NCBI GenBank assembly: GCA_050953885.1
Contig: JBMNNJ010000001.1
Coordinates: 335,437 to 399,436 of the forward strand
Direction of reading: 5' to 3'
Origin: Patescibacteria group bacterium
GTDB taxonomy: Bacteria > Patescibacteriota > Microgenomatia > 0-14-0-10-38-17
Length of the DNA: 64,000 bases
Shown here: piece after piece, positions 54,138 through 63,458 of the stretch
Position numbering within the stretch: the stretch's first letter is position 1
How the letters are laid out: every line of letters starts with the position of its first letter
Made by a program: the position numbers and the translations under genes
The notes under the pieces: generated by a model
What the model was told of the DNA's origin: nothing
The model's input: the letters and a program-made list of their open reading frames with translations, nothing else
Databases searched by the model: none

Positions 54138-55594
54138 TCCCTTGTCTTAATTTTTGTCCCCTCCGGAGTATCTTCCAAAAAGTAGCCCTTTTTCTCAATT
54201 TCCTGACGAATTTTATCCGCCTCTTCCCAACGGCTTTCTTCTCTTAATTTTTCCCTTTTTTCCACTAATTCTTTAATTTTTGAGTAATTTTTGTTGCGTG
54301 ATTTTAATAACTTTTCAGCTTCATTTTTTATTTTTAAACCAAAAATGTGGTCAAAGTCAAAAATCAAAAATTGCTTTTCGCCCGTTTTTAGTTTTTGATC
54401 TTTAAATGCCTGCCAAAGTAAAGCCAAGGCTTGGGGGGTATTTAAATCATTGGCCAAAATACGCCTAAAATTTCGTTGATATTCTTTTACTCCTCCACCC
54501 TGCCCTAATTTTCCTTTCTTTTCCAGCAGATCGGCGGTTTTTTCTATTAATTGCTGATAGGCGCTTTTTGCCCCTGCCAAAGCTTCCCAAGTAAAATTCA
54601 TTTTCCGCCGATAATGAGCCGTCAAGAAAAAATAACGAAGCGGCATCAAGCTTTCATAGCCTCTTTCTTCTAAATCTCCAAGCGCATAAAAATTACCTAT
54701 GCTTTTGCTCATTTTTTTGCCTTCAATTTCTAAAAAGGCAAAATGTATCCAATAGTTAACAAACCTTTTACCGGTGGCCGCCTCTACTTGGGCAATTTCA
54801 TTAGTATGGTGAACAGGGATATGGTCAATGCCGCCAGTATGAATATCAATGGTCGTAAATTTTTCCGGAAAGAAGCGGTTATCAGTAAAACATGAAGAAA
54901 GGTATTTCATCGCCATGGCGGAACACTCAATATGCCAGCCCGGAAAGCCTTTTTTGCCCCAAGGGCTTTCCCACTCCATTTGCCGTTTCACGCCTTCGGG
55001 GCTAAACTTCCATAAGGCAAAATCCGTGGGGTTTTTCTTATAAGGATTAGGTTCTACCCGTGCTCCTTCGCGAAGCTCCTCTTTGGAAAGATGGGCTAAT
55101 CTACCATAATCAACCAATTTGCTGGTGTCAAAATAAATTCCGTCCGGCGTCTGGTAAGTAAAGCCTTTTTCCTCCAATGCTTTAACCAAAAGAATCATTT
55201 CCTTAATGTTATCTGTCGCTCGGGGCGCTACCGACGGGAGGGTAATATTCAACTTTTTCAAAACTTGGAAAAATTCTTTCTCGTAGCGTCTAGCTATTTC
55301 CCAAGCTGTTTCTTTCTTTTCTCGGGCTCTTTTCTCCAACTTATCCTCGCCTAAATCGCGATCGCCGGTAAGATGGCCCACATCGGTAATGTTCATCACC
55401 TGAAAAGGTTTAAAACCCCAATATTTTAGAGCCCTTAAAAGGATGTCAGTGTTTACATAAGTACGCATGTGGCCAAGATGAGGGTGATCGTAAACAGTGG
55501 GGCCGCAACTATAAATCCGCACCCGCGGCGGAAAAAGCGGCGTAAATTTTTCCCTTCTCCTGCTTAGGGTGTTAAAAAAACGAAGGCTTTCCAT
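54134..55594 (-). CDS. cysS: Cysteinyl-tRNA synthetase
   Basis: HIGH motif (CGPTVYDHPHLGHMRTY) and KMSKS motif. The ORF track starts at 55723, but the family consensus begins at the internal Met (MESLRFFNTLSRRREKF) at 55594. Confidence 0.88.
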   Translation of the reverse strand: MESLRFFNTLSRRREKFTPLFPPRVRIYSCGPTVYDHPHLGHMRTYVNTDILLRALKYWGFKPFQVMNITDVGHLTGDRDLGEDKLEKRAREKKETAWEIARRYEKEFFQVLKKLNITLPSVAPRATDNIKEMILLVKALEEKGFTYQTPDGIYFDTSKLVDYGRLAHLSKEELREGARVEPNPYKKNPTDFALWKFSPEGVKRQMEWESPWGKKGFPGWHIECSAMAMKYLSSCFTDNRFFPEKFTTIDIHTGGIDHIPVHHTNEIAQVEAATGKRFVNYWIHFAFLEIEGKKMSKSIGNFYALGDLEERGYESLMPLRYFFLTAHYRRKMNFTWEALAGAKSAYQQLIEKTADLLEKKGKLGQGGGVKEYQRNFRRILANDLNTPQALALLWQAFKDQKLKTGEKQFLIFDFDHIFGLKIKNEAEKLLKSRNKNYSKIKELVEKREKLREESRWEEADKIRQEIEKKGYFLEDTPEGTKIKTRE

Positions 55595-55613
55595 TTTTTT
55601 TAATAAAACTCTC

Positions 55614-56081
55614 TTATTCTTTCTTTTTAAATTTTTCTGCTCCTTGGGGGAAAAATCCTCGCCGCGGTTTTGAAGGCGGCAATGGCGTCTCGTTAGGACT
55701 GGGAAGCGGTTCCTCCACCCCACCCGGGTCGGGAAGGCCTTGAACCACCGGCCCTTTTTCTAGCTTGCTCTCCCACAACTGATTAGCGCGGGTTTCCTCT
55801 ATTTTCTTTCTTTCTTCCTCAATCTGCTGCCGAGCAACGGCCAATTCCTCCTCAACCCTCTTGATATTTTGTCTTTCTTTTGCCTTAATTTTTTTCTCGT
55901 TTAAAACCTCCTCTTCTAAATTCCCTTTATCCTGATCCTCCTTGGTGTTAATTTGAGGAGAAATCCCTAATTGGTCTTCTGCCTCCTCGCCTACCTTTTT
56001 CACCTCTTCTTCCACCGCCTCGAGAGTAGTTTTGCCAAAATCACCAACAGCGCTGGTAATTTTTCCTTTTATTGGTGCCAT
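55614..56081 (-). CDS. Hypothetical highly charged (Glu/Lys-rich) protein
   Basis: A 155-aa ORF with a coiled-coil-like composition and no motif. It may overlap the true cysS start by about 20 nt. Confidence 0.4.
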   Translation of the reverse strand: MAPIKGKITSAVGDFGKTTLEAVEEEVKKVGEEAEDQLGISPQINTKEDQDKGNLEEEVLNEKKIKAKERQNIKRVEEELAVARQQIEEERKKIEETRANQLWESKLEKGPVVQGLPDPGGVEEPLPSPNETPLPPSKPRRGFFPQGAEKFKKKE

Positions 56082-56220
56082 CTTATCTATAAAGATTTTT
56101 TATTTAACAAAGGCCTTATACGGGTGTATACAATACGCCCCTACATTTCGTTCGCTCATTCGTGTCTATTCGTTTCCCATTCGTGTCAATCCGTGTCTTT
56201 AGCAATTTAACAATTTATTT

Positions 56221-56844
56221 CTAGTATTCCCTCCTTCCCTCCAAAGCTCGTTCTAAGGTCAGCTCATCAGCATATTCTAAATCTGCTCCCACCGGCAATC
56301 CCTGCCCCATCCGGCTCACCCTCACCTTGCCTTCTCTTTCGGCATTAACTTTCTCCAACTCTTTCTTAATGTACATCGCCGTTGCCTCCCCCTCCAGGGA
56401 AGAACCAACCGCTAAAATAACCTCCCGAATACCTTCGTTTTCCCTGACCCTTTTAATTAATTCACCAATTTTAATTTCCTCGGCGCTGATGTTTTGCAAA
56501 GGGTTAATCACCCCTCCCAAAACATGATAAACCCCACGGTAATGGTTTGTCCGTTCCAGCGAAAGAATATCCAAAGGCTGCTCCACCACGCAAACAATGC
56601 TTTGGTCGCGGGCCGGGTCAGCACAAATTTCGCAAGGATCCGTTTCGCCAATGCTGTGACATAAAGAACATTCTTTTGTCTCCCTTTTCAAATTAACCAC
56701 CGCTTTCCCAAAATTTTCTAAAAATTCCTGGGGAGTATGCAAAAGATAAAAGGTAAGCCGCGCCGCTGTTTTTGGTCCAATGCCTGGCAATTGCTCAAAG
56801 GCATCAATCAAATTATTAATTGCCTTGGGAATTTTCATTTCCAA
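56221..56844 (-). CDS. recR: Recombination protein RecR
   Basis: An N-terminal HhH, the C4 zinc finger CSLCHSIGETDPCEIC, a Toprim domain and a Walker B-like region. Confidence 0.9.
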   Translation of the reverse strand: MEMKIPKAINNLIDAFEQLPGIGPKTAARLTFYLLHTPQEFLENFGKAVVNLKRETKECSLCHSIGETDPCEICADPARDQSIVCVVEQPLDILSLERTNHYRGVYHVLGGVINPLQNISAEEIKIGELIKRVRENEGIREVILAVGSSLEGEATAMYIKKELEKVNAEREGKVRVSRMGQGLPVGADLEYADELTLERALEGRREY

Positions 56845-56846
56845 AA

Positions 56847-57122
56847 TTAAAAATTTATCTTTCCCATCAATTTTTGCGCCATCAGACGCTGTACCTCGTC
56901 CAAAGCTTTATTAACAACTTTCGTTATCTGCTCACCGCTTACTCCCTCTTCAAAGCTTAGCGATTTGAGCCGCGGCTGCCCGGAAACTGTTACCTTAACG
57001 CCATTTTCTTCTATTGTCAACTCTTCTTTGGCCAATTGCTTCTGCAAGTCTCTTGCTTGCTTTTGCATCTTAGCCAAATCGCCTAATTGTTTAAACTGGT
57101 CAAACATTTTCCTCACCTCCAA
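56847..57122 (-). CDS. ybaB: Nucleoid-associated protein YbaB/EbfC
   Basis: MFDQFKQLGDLAKMQKQARDLQKQL...VKVTVSG, in the conserved position between dnaX and recR. Confidence 0.8.
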   Translation of the reverse strand: MEVRKMFDQFKQLGDLAKMQKQARDLQKQLAKEELTIEENGVKVTVSGQPRLKSLSFEEGVSGEQITKVVNKALDEVQRLMAQKLMGKINF

Positions 57123-58626
57123 AAATTTTTTCTGCCAAACCCACCAGATCCTCTTTGTTATCTTGAGTTTTTTCCTTATTCACCCTCTGCTGTCTCGGTG
57201 GCGATTTTGGCGAAAGTTTAAAAAAAACTCTTGCTTTTTCTCCTAAAACCTCTCCTACCGCTTTCTCGACAATCCTTCGGTTTAACTCCTTCTCCAAGCA
57301 TTCTTTGTGAAAGGAATAGTAAACACCAATCGTTAAAGACTGGTCCTCAAAAGAAAGCGGCTGGGCCGATTTTAAAAAAGCTTCCACCGAGTGATTTTGC
57401 GGCCGCACTTTGGTTAAAATTTCCTGCCAAACCTCATCATTAATTTTTATCTTCTTTTCTTCCCCTAACTTTTCTTTCTCTTTTTTAACACTATCGCTTG
57501 TTTTTCTTCCTTCGTTTGCTTTGAAATCTTTAAAAGAAGCATCGGCATTATTGCCGCCTTCTTTTTTTGCCCCCAAAAGCGCCGCGGCTTTTCCCACCGC
57601 CACCTCAAGAGCCAAAATCGGCACACTTGTTTGCTTTGCCTGCCTGGCCGCTTGGGAAAAAATATCAACCAGTGAAAAAAGCTGGTCAGAAGAAAAAGCA
57701 CTTTCCTTACCATCAGACAACCCCCAAAGTCCATGGAGCAAAAAACGCAATTCTTTCAAAAGCTGCTCTAAATAGGCCTGAATATCCAAGCCCCTTTGGC
57801 TAATTTTCTCAACCATCGCCACCGCCTCCCGAAGTTTTCCTGCCGCCAAAAAATCAAGAAGCGAGGCCGGCGCCAAAGAATCATCCAGACCGGTCATTTT
57901 CTTAACCATCCGCGCTTCAATCTTCGGACCTAAAAAAGAAAGCTCTTCCAAAATTTTTTGCGCGTCGCGGAAACTGCCATCGGCAAGTCTGACAATTTCT
58001 TCCAAAACTCCTTCTTCAACCGCTAATTTTTCTCCCTCCGCCGCTTTTTTCAAAGCACTCATTATTTCCTCGTCCGTGGCTTTATTAAAGTTAATGCGCA
58101 CGCAACGGGAAAGAATTGTTTCCGGCAGTTTTTCAGGATTAGTGGTACAAAGAATAAAAACCACTTTTTCCGGCGGCTCTTCCAGTGTTTTTAAAAGGGC
58201 GTTAAAAGCTTCGGGGGTAAGCATGTGCACTTCGTCAATAATATAAACTTTATACTTACCCCGACTGGGGGCTAAATTAACTTTTTCCTTAAGATCACGA
58301 ATATCGTCAATTCCCCGGTTGGAAGCGGCATCAATTTCCAAAACATCCAAAAAATTCCCCTTAGCAATTGCCCGACAAACCTCACATTGCCCACAAGGTT
58401 CATAACTGTTTCCTCTCGACAAACCTGCTTCCTCTCTACCAACACAATTTAATGCTTTGGCTAAAATTCTTGCCGTTGAAGTTTTTCCTATCCCCTTTGG
58501 CCCAGCAAAAAGAAAAGCATGAGGGATTCTTCCTTGTTCTAATGAACCAATAATTACCTTCTTAACATTTTCTAAACCTACCAATTCCGAAAATTTCTGA
58601 GGACGGTATTTAAGATAAAAGGCCAT
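57100..58626 (-). CDS. dnaX: DNA polymerase III subunit gamma/tau
   Basis: Walker A GPKGIGKTSTARILAK, the zinc module CGQCEVC, DEVHML (Walker B) and SRC in sensor 1; 508 aa. Confidence 0.9.
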   Translation of the reverse strand: MAFYLKYRPQKFSELVGLENVKKVIIGSLEQGRIPHAFLFAGPKGIGKTSTARILAKALNCVGREEAGLSRGNSYEPCGQCEVCRAIAKGNFLDVLEIDAASNRGIDDIRDLKEKVNLAPSRGKYKVYIIDEVHMLTPEAFNALLKTLEEPPEKVVFILCTTNPEKLPETILSRCVRINFNKATDEEIMSALKKAAEGEKLAVEEGVLEEIVRLADGSFRDAQKILEELSFLGPKIEARMVKKMTGLDDSLAPASLLDFLAAGKLREAVAMVEKISQRGLDIQAYLEQLLKELRFLLHGLWGLSDGKESAFSSDQLFSLVDIFSQAARQAKQTSVPILALEVAVGKAAALLGAKKEGGNNADASFKDFKANEGRKTSDSVKKEKEKLGEEKKIKINDEVWQEILTKVRPQNHSVEAFLKSAQPLSFEDQSLTIGVYYSFHKECLEKELNRRIVEKAVGEVLGEKARVFFKLSPKSPPRQQRVNKEKTQDNKEDLVGLAEKIFGGEENV

Positions 58627-58751
58627 AAAAAAGTATCAAGTATTATGTATTAAGTATAAAATTAAACTGTTTCATTGTTTCATTGCTCCATTGCTTCATT
58701 GTTGGAGCACGCGAATTACCACGAATGAGAAACGAATAAACACGAATGAGC

Positions 58752-58885
58752 GAATAACCGGCAAAGCACACGGGATTGAACAGGATGTTTACGGGATGAA
58801 ACAGGATAAAATCCCGTTTAATCCTGTCCTAAATCCTGTTGTATCCGGTGTGCTTCTCTATCAATTTAGCAATATAGCAATTCAT
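58752..58885. repeat. Family D structured repeat (GCACACGGG-ATTGAACAGGAT-...-ATCCTGTT-...-CCGGTGTGC with ACAGGAT/ATCCTGT internal words)
   Basis: Other copies are at 10716-10850, 31535-31650 and 46933-47010 (the last degenerate). Two copies end with CAATTTARCAATATAGCAAT. Confidence 0.65.
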
Positions 58886-59247
58886 TTCTCATCCCCCACC
58901 AACCTCCCCAACCCGTGCTCTACAAAATCCCAAACCGCTTCGTCAACACTTTCCTGAAGCGCGATCGCTTCTTTTTGAGCCCGGGGATAGCAAACCACAA
59001 TATCACCAAGCAAGAGTGGTCCTCCTTCAACTGGTCTTTCATTTTGGGGAAAAGCCAAAACATCGCTCACGATATTTTTATCCCGAAAGTCCTGATTTAA
59101 CTGGCGCATTTTTCGCTCTCCCACCATGGCAATACTTAATTCTACCTCCCCTACTCCTTTCCCCTGAAGAAATTTCTTAACTCTTCCTCTTAATAATTTT
59201 TTATCAAAAGGATAAGAGGAACGGGAAGAGATACCAATTTCGATCAT
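58882..59247 (-). CDS. ybeY: YbeY-like protein (rRNA maturation endoribonuclease family) with degenerate His triad
   Basis: The N-terminal and central regions match YbeY (DVLAFPQ..., LGDIVVC...). The C-terminal H..LH..GYDH zinc motif is replaced by VEHGLGRLVGDEK, with a single His retained. Confidence 0.6.
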   Translation of the reverse strand: MIEIGISSRSSYPFDKKLLRGRVKKFLQGKGVGEVELSIAMVGERKMRQLNQDFRDKNIVSDVLAFPQNERPVEGGPLLLGDIVVCYPRAQKEAIALQESVDEAVWDFVEHGLGRLVGDEK

Positions 59248-59382
59248 AAAATATCATAAAATTAACCTTTCCGCCTTGCCTTCAGAATAGTAACCCTTAG
59301 CCCATGCGGGCGCATGCAATACGCCCCTACAATTCATGTTTATTTGTTTTTCCATTCGTGTCAATTCGTGTTTTTTAACAGT

Positions 59383-59823
59383 TTATTTTTCACCCATCAT
59401 TTCCCTCACCTTCACCGCTACCATTTCTCCGCTTACCTTTCCCCGCAATTTTCCCATCACCGCTCCCATTATCTGACCAAAACTCTTATCTTTTCCCTCT
59501 TTTTCCAATACCTCCTTAATTACCGCCTCTATTTCTTCTGCCTTTATAGGCGGCGGCAAAAGACTTTTAAGGAAATAAATTTCTCCTTCGGCTTTTTTAA
59601 CAAGATCTTCTCTCTTCCCTTTCTTAAAAAAGCCAATTGCTTCTTCCCGCTGCTTAATTTCCTTTTGAATAAGAGAAAAAATTTCTTCCTCCTCAAGCTC
59701 TTTTTGCTTTTCAATTTCCTGCTTTTCTATGGCCGCTAAAAGAAGGCGCAACACCGCCACTTTTTCTCCCTCCCTCTTTTTTAACGCCTCCCTTAAAAAT
59801 TGTTGAATCGTTTCTTTTTTCAT
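59383..59823 (-). CDS. yqeY: GatB/YqeY-domain protein
   Basis: A 146-aa, Glu/Lys-rich protein with the C-terminal GatB/YqeY-like signature (...FGQIMGAVMGKLRGKVSGEMV). It sits downstream of rpsU, the classic rpsU-yqeY pairing. Confidence 0.75.
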   Translation of the reverse strand: MKKETIQQFLREALKKREGEKVAVLRLLLAAIEKQEIEKQKELEEEEIFSLIQKEIKQREEAIGFFKKGKREDLVKKAEGEIYFLKSLLPPPIKAEEIEAVIKEVLEKEGKDKSFGQIMGAVMGKLRGKVSGEMVAVKVREMMGEK

Positions 59824-59999
59824 CTCCTTTTACCTCGCCGCATTTCTTGATTATGCCGATGTCTTCTTGCCGAAGGCTTTTCGTAGCGCTGTTTTTCTTT
59901 TAGGTTGATCACCAAATTCTCCGCCATAATTTGGCGGCGAAAAGAGGAAATGAGCTGGTCATCGCTTTCGCCTGGTTTTTTCTTAACAATAATTGCCAT
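59820..59999 (-). CDS. rpsU: 30S ribosomal protein S21
   Basis: MAIIVKKKPGESDDQLISSFRRQI...EKPSARRHRHNQEMRRGKRR. The ORF track starts 5 codons upstream. Confidence 0.75.
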   Translation of the reverse strand: MAIIVKKKPGESDDQLISSFRRQIMAENLVINLKEKQRYEKPSARRHRHNQEMRRGKRR

Positions 60000-60280
60000 G
60001 GGGCCATAAAACACCTCCTTTAAAAAAGAAAAAAATAATACTTTTTGCTGTTTTAATTATAACCGATAAAAAAATTATTGACAACCGCCCTAAATTATAA
60101 AACCGATACACGATATAAGGACACAAAGAAACACGAGAAAACAATTCAAAAATCAAATATCAAAAATCAAAATGAAAATGTAAAATGTAAAGATGTTTAT
60201 TTTCTTTCAAAAATTTTTGCATTTTAATCTTTCATTTTGCATTTTGAGATTTGCATTTTGAATTATACTTAATACCCCTC

Positions 60281-61414
60281 TCACTCCCCCCTTAGCCTCT
60301 GAATATCGTTAATGGTTACCAAAATCATCAATAGCAATAAAATTAAAAAACCAATCTGATTAGCCCACATCTCAATTTGCTGACGTCTTTTTGGACCTAA
60401 AAATTTTTCTGACAGAACAAAAAAAACCCGCCCTCCATCTAAAGCTGGAAAAGGGAAAACATTCAAAATTGCCAAATTTACCGAAAGAATGCCGGCAAAT
60501 TGAGCCAGCGGCCAAAAGCCATTGGCGGCAATTTCCCCGGTGACCTGATAAATCCCTACCGGCCCGGCCACGTCAAACGCTACCTTCTCTCCTTTTAAAG
60601 CCCCCCTGACTAAATTAACTAAACCCATCACAATTTCCTTTCCCCAAAAAATCGCTTCCGAAAAACCATTATAAATTGCTTTGGGAACCATTTGGTAAAA
60701 AGGATAAAACTGAATTTTCGTATCCGAGATAACTACCCCCAACGGCCCTTCGCCTTTGGGGGGCGTTTCCCGAGGAACGACTACGGCTAAAAATTTTCCC
60801 TCCTGACAATAAGAGTAATTCTTCTCCTCTACCTCTTGCCCTCCTAAAGTCTCTTTTTGGCAAGGATTGTTTTCTTGCCGACCGATTTCTAATTTAATCG
60901 GCCGACCAAGCGCGCCATTAACTCGCTCTAAAAATTCTTCATTATTGGTTATCTTTTCTCCTTCAAAGGATAAAATCAGATCGCCGGCGACTAAACCTGC
61001 CTCCCCAGCTGGAGAATTAGGTAAAACTTCCACCACCCTTACCGTATTGGCCTTTTCCGGAATGCCTAAAAAAGAATAAACCAAGGTAAAAATAACCACC
61101 GCCAAAACAAGGTTCATTAAAACGCCCGCCAAAAGAATTTTAATCCGTGTTTTTTTATCCTTATGGCTAAAGGCGCGCTCTTTATTCTTAACTACGCCGG
61201 TTTCCTCCCCATAAAGACGGACAAAACCGCCAAAAGGCAAAAGATTGAGAGAGTAAATTGTTTCTCCCTTCTTTATTCCGACAAGACGCGGCGGCAAGCC
61301 AAAGCCAAATTCTTCCACTAAAATTCCCGCTCTCTTGGCCGCCAAAAAATGCCCCCCTTCGTGAACCAAAACCAAAACCGAAAGCAGAAGAAAAAAAATA
61401 ATAATCGTTGGCAT
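60281..61414 (-). CDS. rseP: RIP metalloprotease RseP (site-2 protease, M50 family)
   Basis: HEGGH (HExxH) within TM1, a PDZ domain, and a C-terminal LDGG motif (NVFPFPALDGGRVF). Confidence 0.9.
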   Translation of the reverse strand: MPTIIIFFLLLSVLVLVHEGGHFLAAKRAGILVEEFGFGLPPRLVGIKKGETIYSLNLLPFGGFVRLYGEETGVVKNKERAFSHKDKKTRIKILLAGVLMNLVLAVVIFTLVYSFLGIPEKANTVRVVEVLPNSPAGEAGLVAGDLILSFEGEKITNNEEFLERVNGALGRPIKLEIGRQENNPCQKETLGGQEVEEKNYSYCQEGKFLAVVVPRETPPKGEGPLGVVISDTKIQFYPFYQMVPKAIYNGFSEAIFWGKEIVMGLVNLVRGALKGEKVAFDVAGPVGIYQVTGEIAANGFWPLAQFAGILSVNLAILNVFPFPALDGGRVFFVLSEKFLGPKRRQQIEMWANQIGFLILLLLMILVTINDIQRLRGE

Positions 61415-61490
61415 GGAGATAAATGATTAAAAGACGCAAATTGACACGAATAGGAAACGAATAGACACGAAAAATAATGAAAAAATCCAA

Positions 61491-61506
61491 CTATCCTATT
61501 TTACCA
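61491..61506 (-). promoter_or_regulatory. Extended -10 promoter motif (TGGTAAAAT) about 83 nt upstream of rseP; same 19-nt block as upstream of yebC
   Basis: The complement of 61497-61505 reads TGGTAAAAT. The flanking AACTATCCTATTTTACCAC is identical to 53329-53347. Confidence 0.4.
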
Positions 61507-61571
61507 CCAACCGGGCCGCCAAGGAAAAATGGAATCTTAAAAAAGAAAACAATTTGTTTAAAAAGAGGCTT

Positions 61572-62123
61572 TTAAACCTGACGGAGTTCTTTCTCCTTGT
61601 TTTCCCCCAGAAGATCAATTTGGCCAATAAACTCGTCGGTGAGTTTTTGCAGCTCTTCTTCTTGAGAAAAGGCCTCGTTTTCGCTCATTTCCCCCTTTTC
61701 CTTTGCTTCCCTGATTTCGGCTCTTTTTTCTGCCCGCAAGCGCCTGATCATTACCCGTGAGGCTTCCAGTTTATTCTTTAATAGGCGGATATATTCTTCT
61801 CGTCTTTCGGTAGAAAGAGGAGGAATTTGTATCCGCACTAAATTACCACTGGCTATCGGCGTTAACCCCATTTCCGCTTCGTTTATCGCCTTAACAATTT
61901 TTTTAATCACCCCCGTGTCCCAGGGTTGAATCAAAAGCGTTCCTCCCCCTTCAGTGGTTATTGTTGCTAACTCTTTAAGCTTTAGAGGGGCACTACCTTC
62001 ATAAGCTTCAACGGTAATATTTTCCACCAAAGAAGGATTTGCCTGTGAAGTGCGCATCAGCGCCAAATCTTCTTTCAGCATCGCCAAAACGGCGGCCATT
62101 TTCTCTCTTGTCTCCTCATGCAT
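61572..62123 (-). CDS. frr: Ribosome recycling factor
   Basis: ...LVRIQIPPLSTERREEYIRLLKNKLEASRVMIRRLRAEK..., the RRF consensus; 183 aa. Confidence 0.9.
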   Translation of the reverse strand: MHEETREKMAAVLAMLKEDLALMRTSQANPSLVENITVEAYEGSAPLKLKELATITTEGGGTLLIQPWDTGVIKKIVKAINEAEMGLTPIASGNLVRIQIPPLSTERREEYIRLLKNKLEASRVMIRRLRAEKRAEIREAKEKGEMSENEAFSQEEELQKLTDEFIGQIDLLGENKEKELRQV

Positions 62124-62168
62124 TTTCTTTTTTTATTCAACCATCTTTTCCTGCCCTTTGTCAAGCTC

Positions 62169-62624
62169 TTAAACTTCAAGCCTTACAAATTCCTTTACTT
62201 TAATATTTTCCCCTATCTTTCCAACCGTCTGGGCAATTAATTCTCCCACCTTAATTTGCGGATCACGAATATATTCTTGGGCAAGCAATTCTTCAATCGA
62301 AGTTGGCGCCATCGCCGCTACTTGCATCGCCAGTTCATAAGCCAAATTTTTAAATTCTCCGGTTCTGGCCACAAAATCAGTTTCACAAGAAAGAGCCACC
62401 ATGGCCCCAATCTTTTGATTAGCATGCACATAAGCCGCCACCACTCCTTCTCTTGCCTCCCGTTCTGCCTTCTTGGCGGCTATTTCCTGCCCTTGTTTTC
62501 GCAAAATTGTTAGCGCCTTCTTAACATCCCCATTCGCCTCCCGCAACGCTTTTTGGCAATCACTTACCCCGGCTCCGCATAAAGAACGCAACTCTTTGAC
62601 TAAGGCTAAATTATTTTTTTGCAT
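62169..62624 (-). CDS. tsf: Elongation factor Ts (short form)
   Basis: An N-terminal UBA-like domain (LVKELRSLCGAGVSDCQKALREANGDVKKALTILRKQG) and dimerisation core (GAMVALSCETDFVART); 151 aa. Confidence 0.85.
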   Translation of the reverse strand: MQKNNLALVKELRSLCGAGVSDCQKALREANGDVKKALTILRKQGQEIAAKKAEREAREGVVAAYVHANQKIGAMVALSCETDFVARTGEFKNLAYELAMQVAAMAPTSIEELLAQEYIRDPQIKVGELIAQTVGKIGENIKVKEFVRLEV

Positions 62625-62634
62625 AAAATTAAAT

Positions 62635-63351
62635 TCACTTTTTCTCTAACGATTCAGTAACTTTTTCCAAAATGTAGGCAACGCTCTTTTGGGCATCATC
62701 ATTGGCGGGAATGACATAATCAATTGGTCGCGGGTCGGTATTAGTATCCACAATCGCCACTACCGGCACTCCCATTCTTCTTGCCTCCGCCACCGCTGTT
62801 TTCTCCTTCTTCGGGTCCACAATAAAAAGAGCCGCCGGAATCCCCTTAAGATCGGCAACCCCTTCATAGTCTTTCTTTAAGCGCAAATATTCCCGCTTCA
62901 GCATTTCCTGCTCATACTTAGTTCTCTCCCCATCTCTTTTTTCCACTTGCTTTGCCAGTTTCTTAAGCTTTTTTAAATTATTCTTTTTAATTTCCTCAAA
63001 GTTAGTTAAAAGCCCCCCAATCCAACGGGTGGTAATATACGGCATCCCTAACTTCTGGGCTGCTTCCTGAACAAAAGGAGCCGCCTGCCTTTTTGTCCCC
63101 ACAAAAATAACCTGATTTTCAGGGTCAGTAAAAACTTTTTGCAAAAAAGAAATTGCCTCCTGAAGTTTTTCCCGCGTTTTCACTAAATCAAAAATATGCA
63201 CCCCCTCACGCGCCATATAAATATATTCTTTCATCCGCGGGTGAACTTTAGCTACAATATGACCAAAGTGACAACCCGCTTCTAAAAGTTCCTCTAAGGG
63301 AATTTCCAAAGCCGTTTTTTCTTTTGAAGTTTTTTTTGCTGTTTTCGCCAC
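62635..63351 (-). CDS. rpsB: 30S ribosomal protein S2
   Basis: LLEAGCHFGHIVAKVHPRMKEYIY...TRWIGGLLTNF, the S2 signature. Confidence 0.9.
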   Translation of the reverse strand: MAKTAKKTSKEKTALEIPLEELLEAGCHFGHIVAKVHPRMKEYIYMAREGVHIFDLVKTREKLQEAISFLQKVFTDPENQVIFVGTKRQAAPFVQEAAQKLGMPYITTRWIGGLLTNFEEIKKNNLKKLKKLAKQVEKRDGERTKYEQEMLKREYLRLKKDYEGVADLKGIPAALFIVDPKKEKTAVAEARRMGVPVVAIVDTNTDPRPIDYVIPANDDAQKSVAYILEKVTESLEKK

Positions 63352-63458
63352 TTTCTTACCTCCTTTTCTCCTTCACCTATTTTAATTATGTAAATCAGGA
63401 GGAATAAAATAGGTGTCAGTGATAATAAATGTTATTTTAACGGCTTTCCCTTAAAAAA

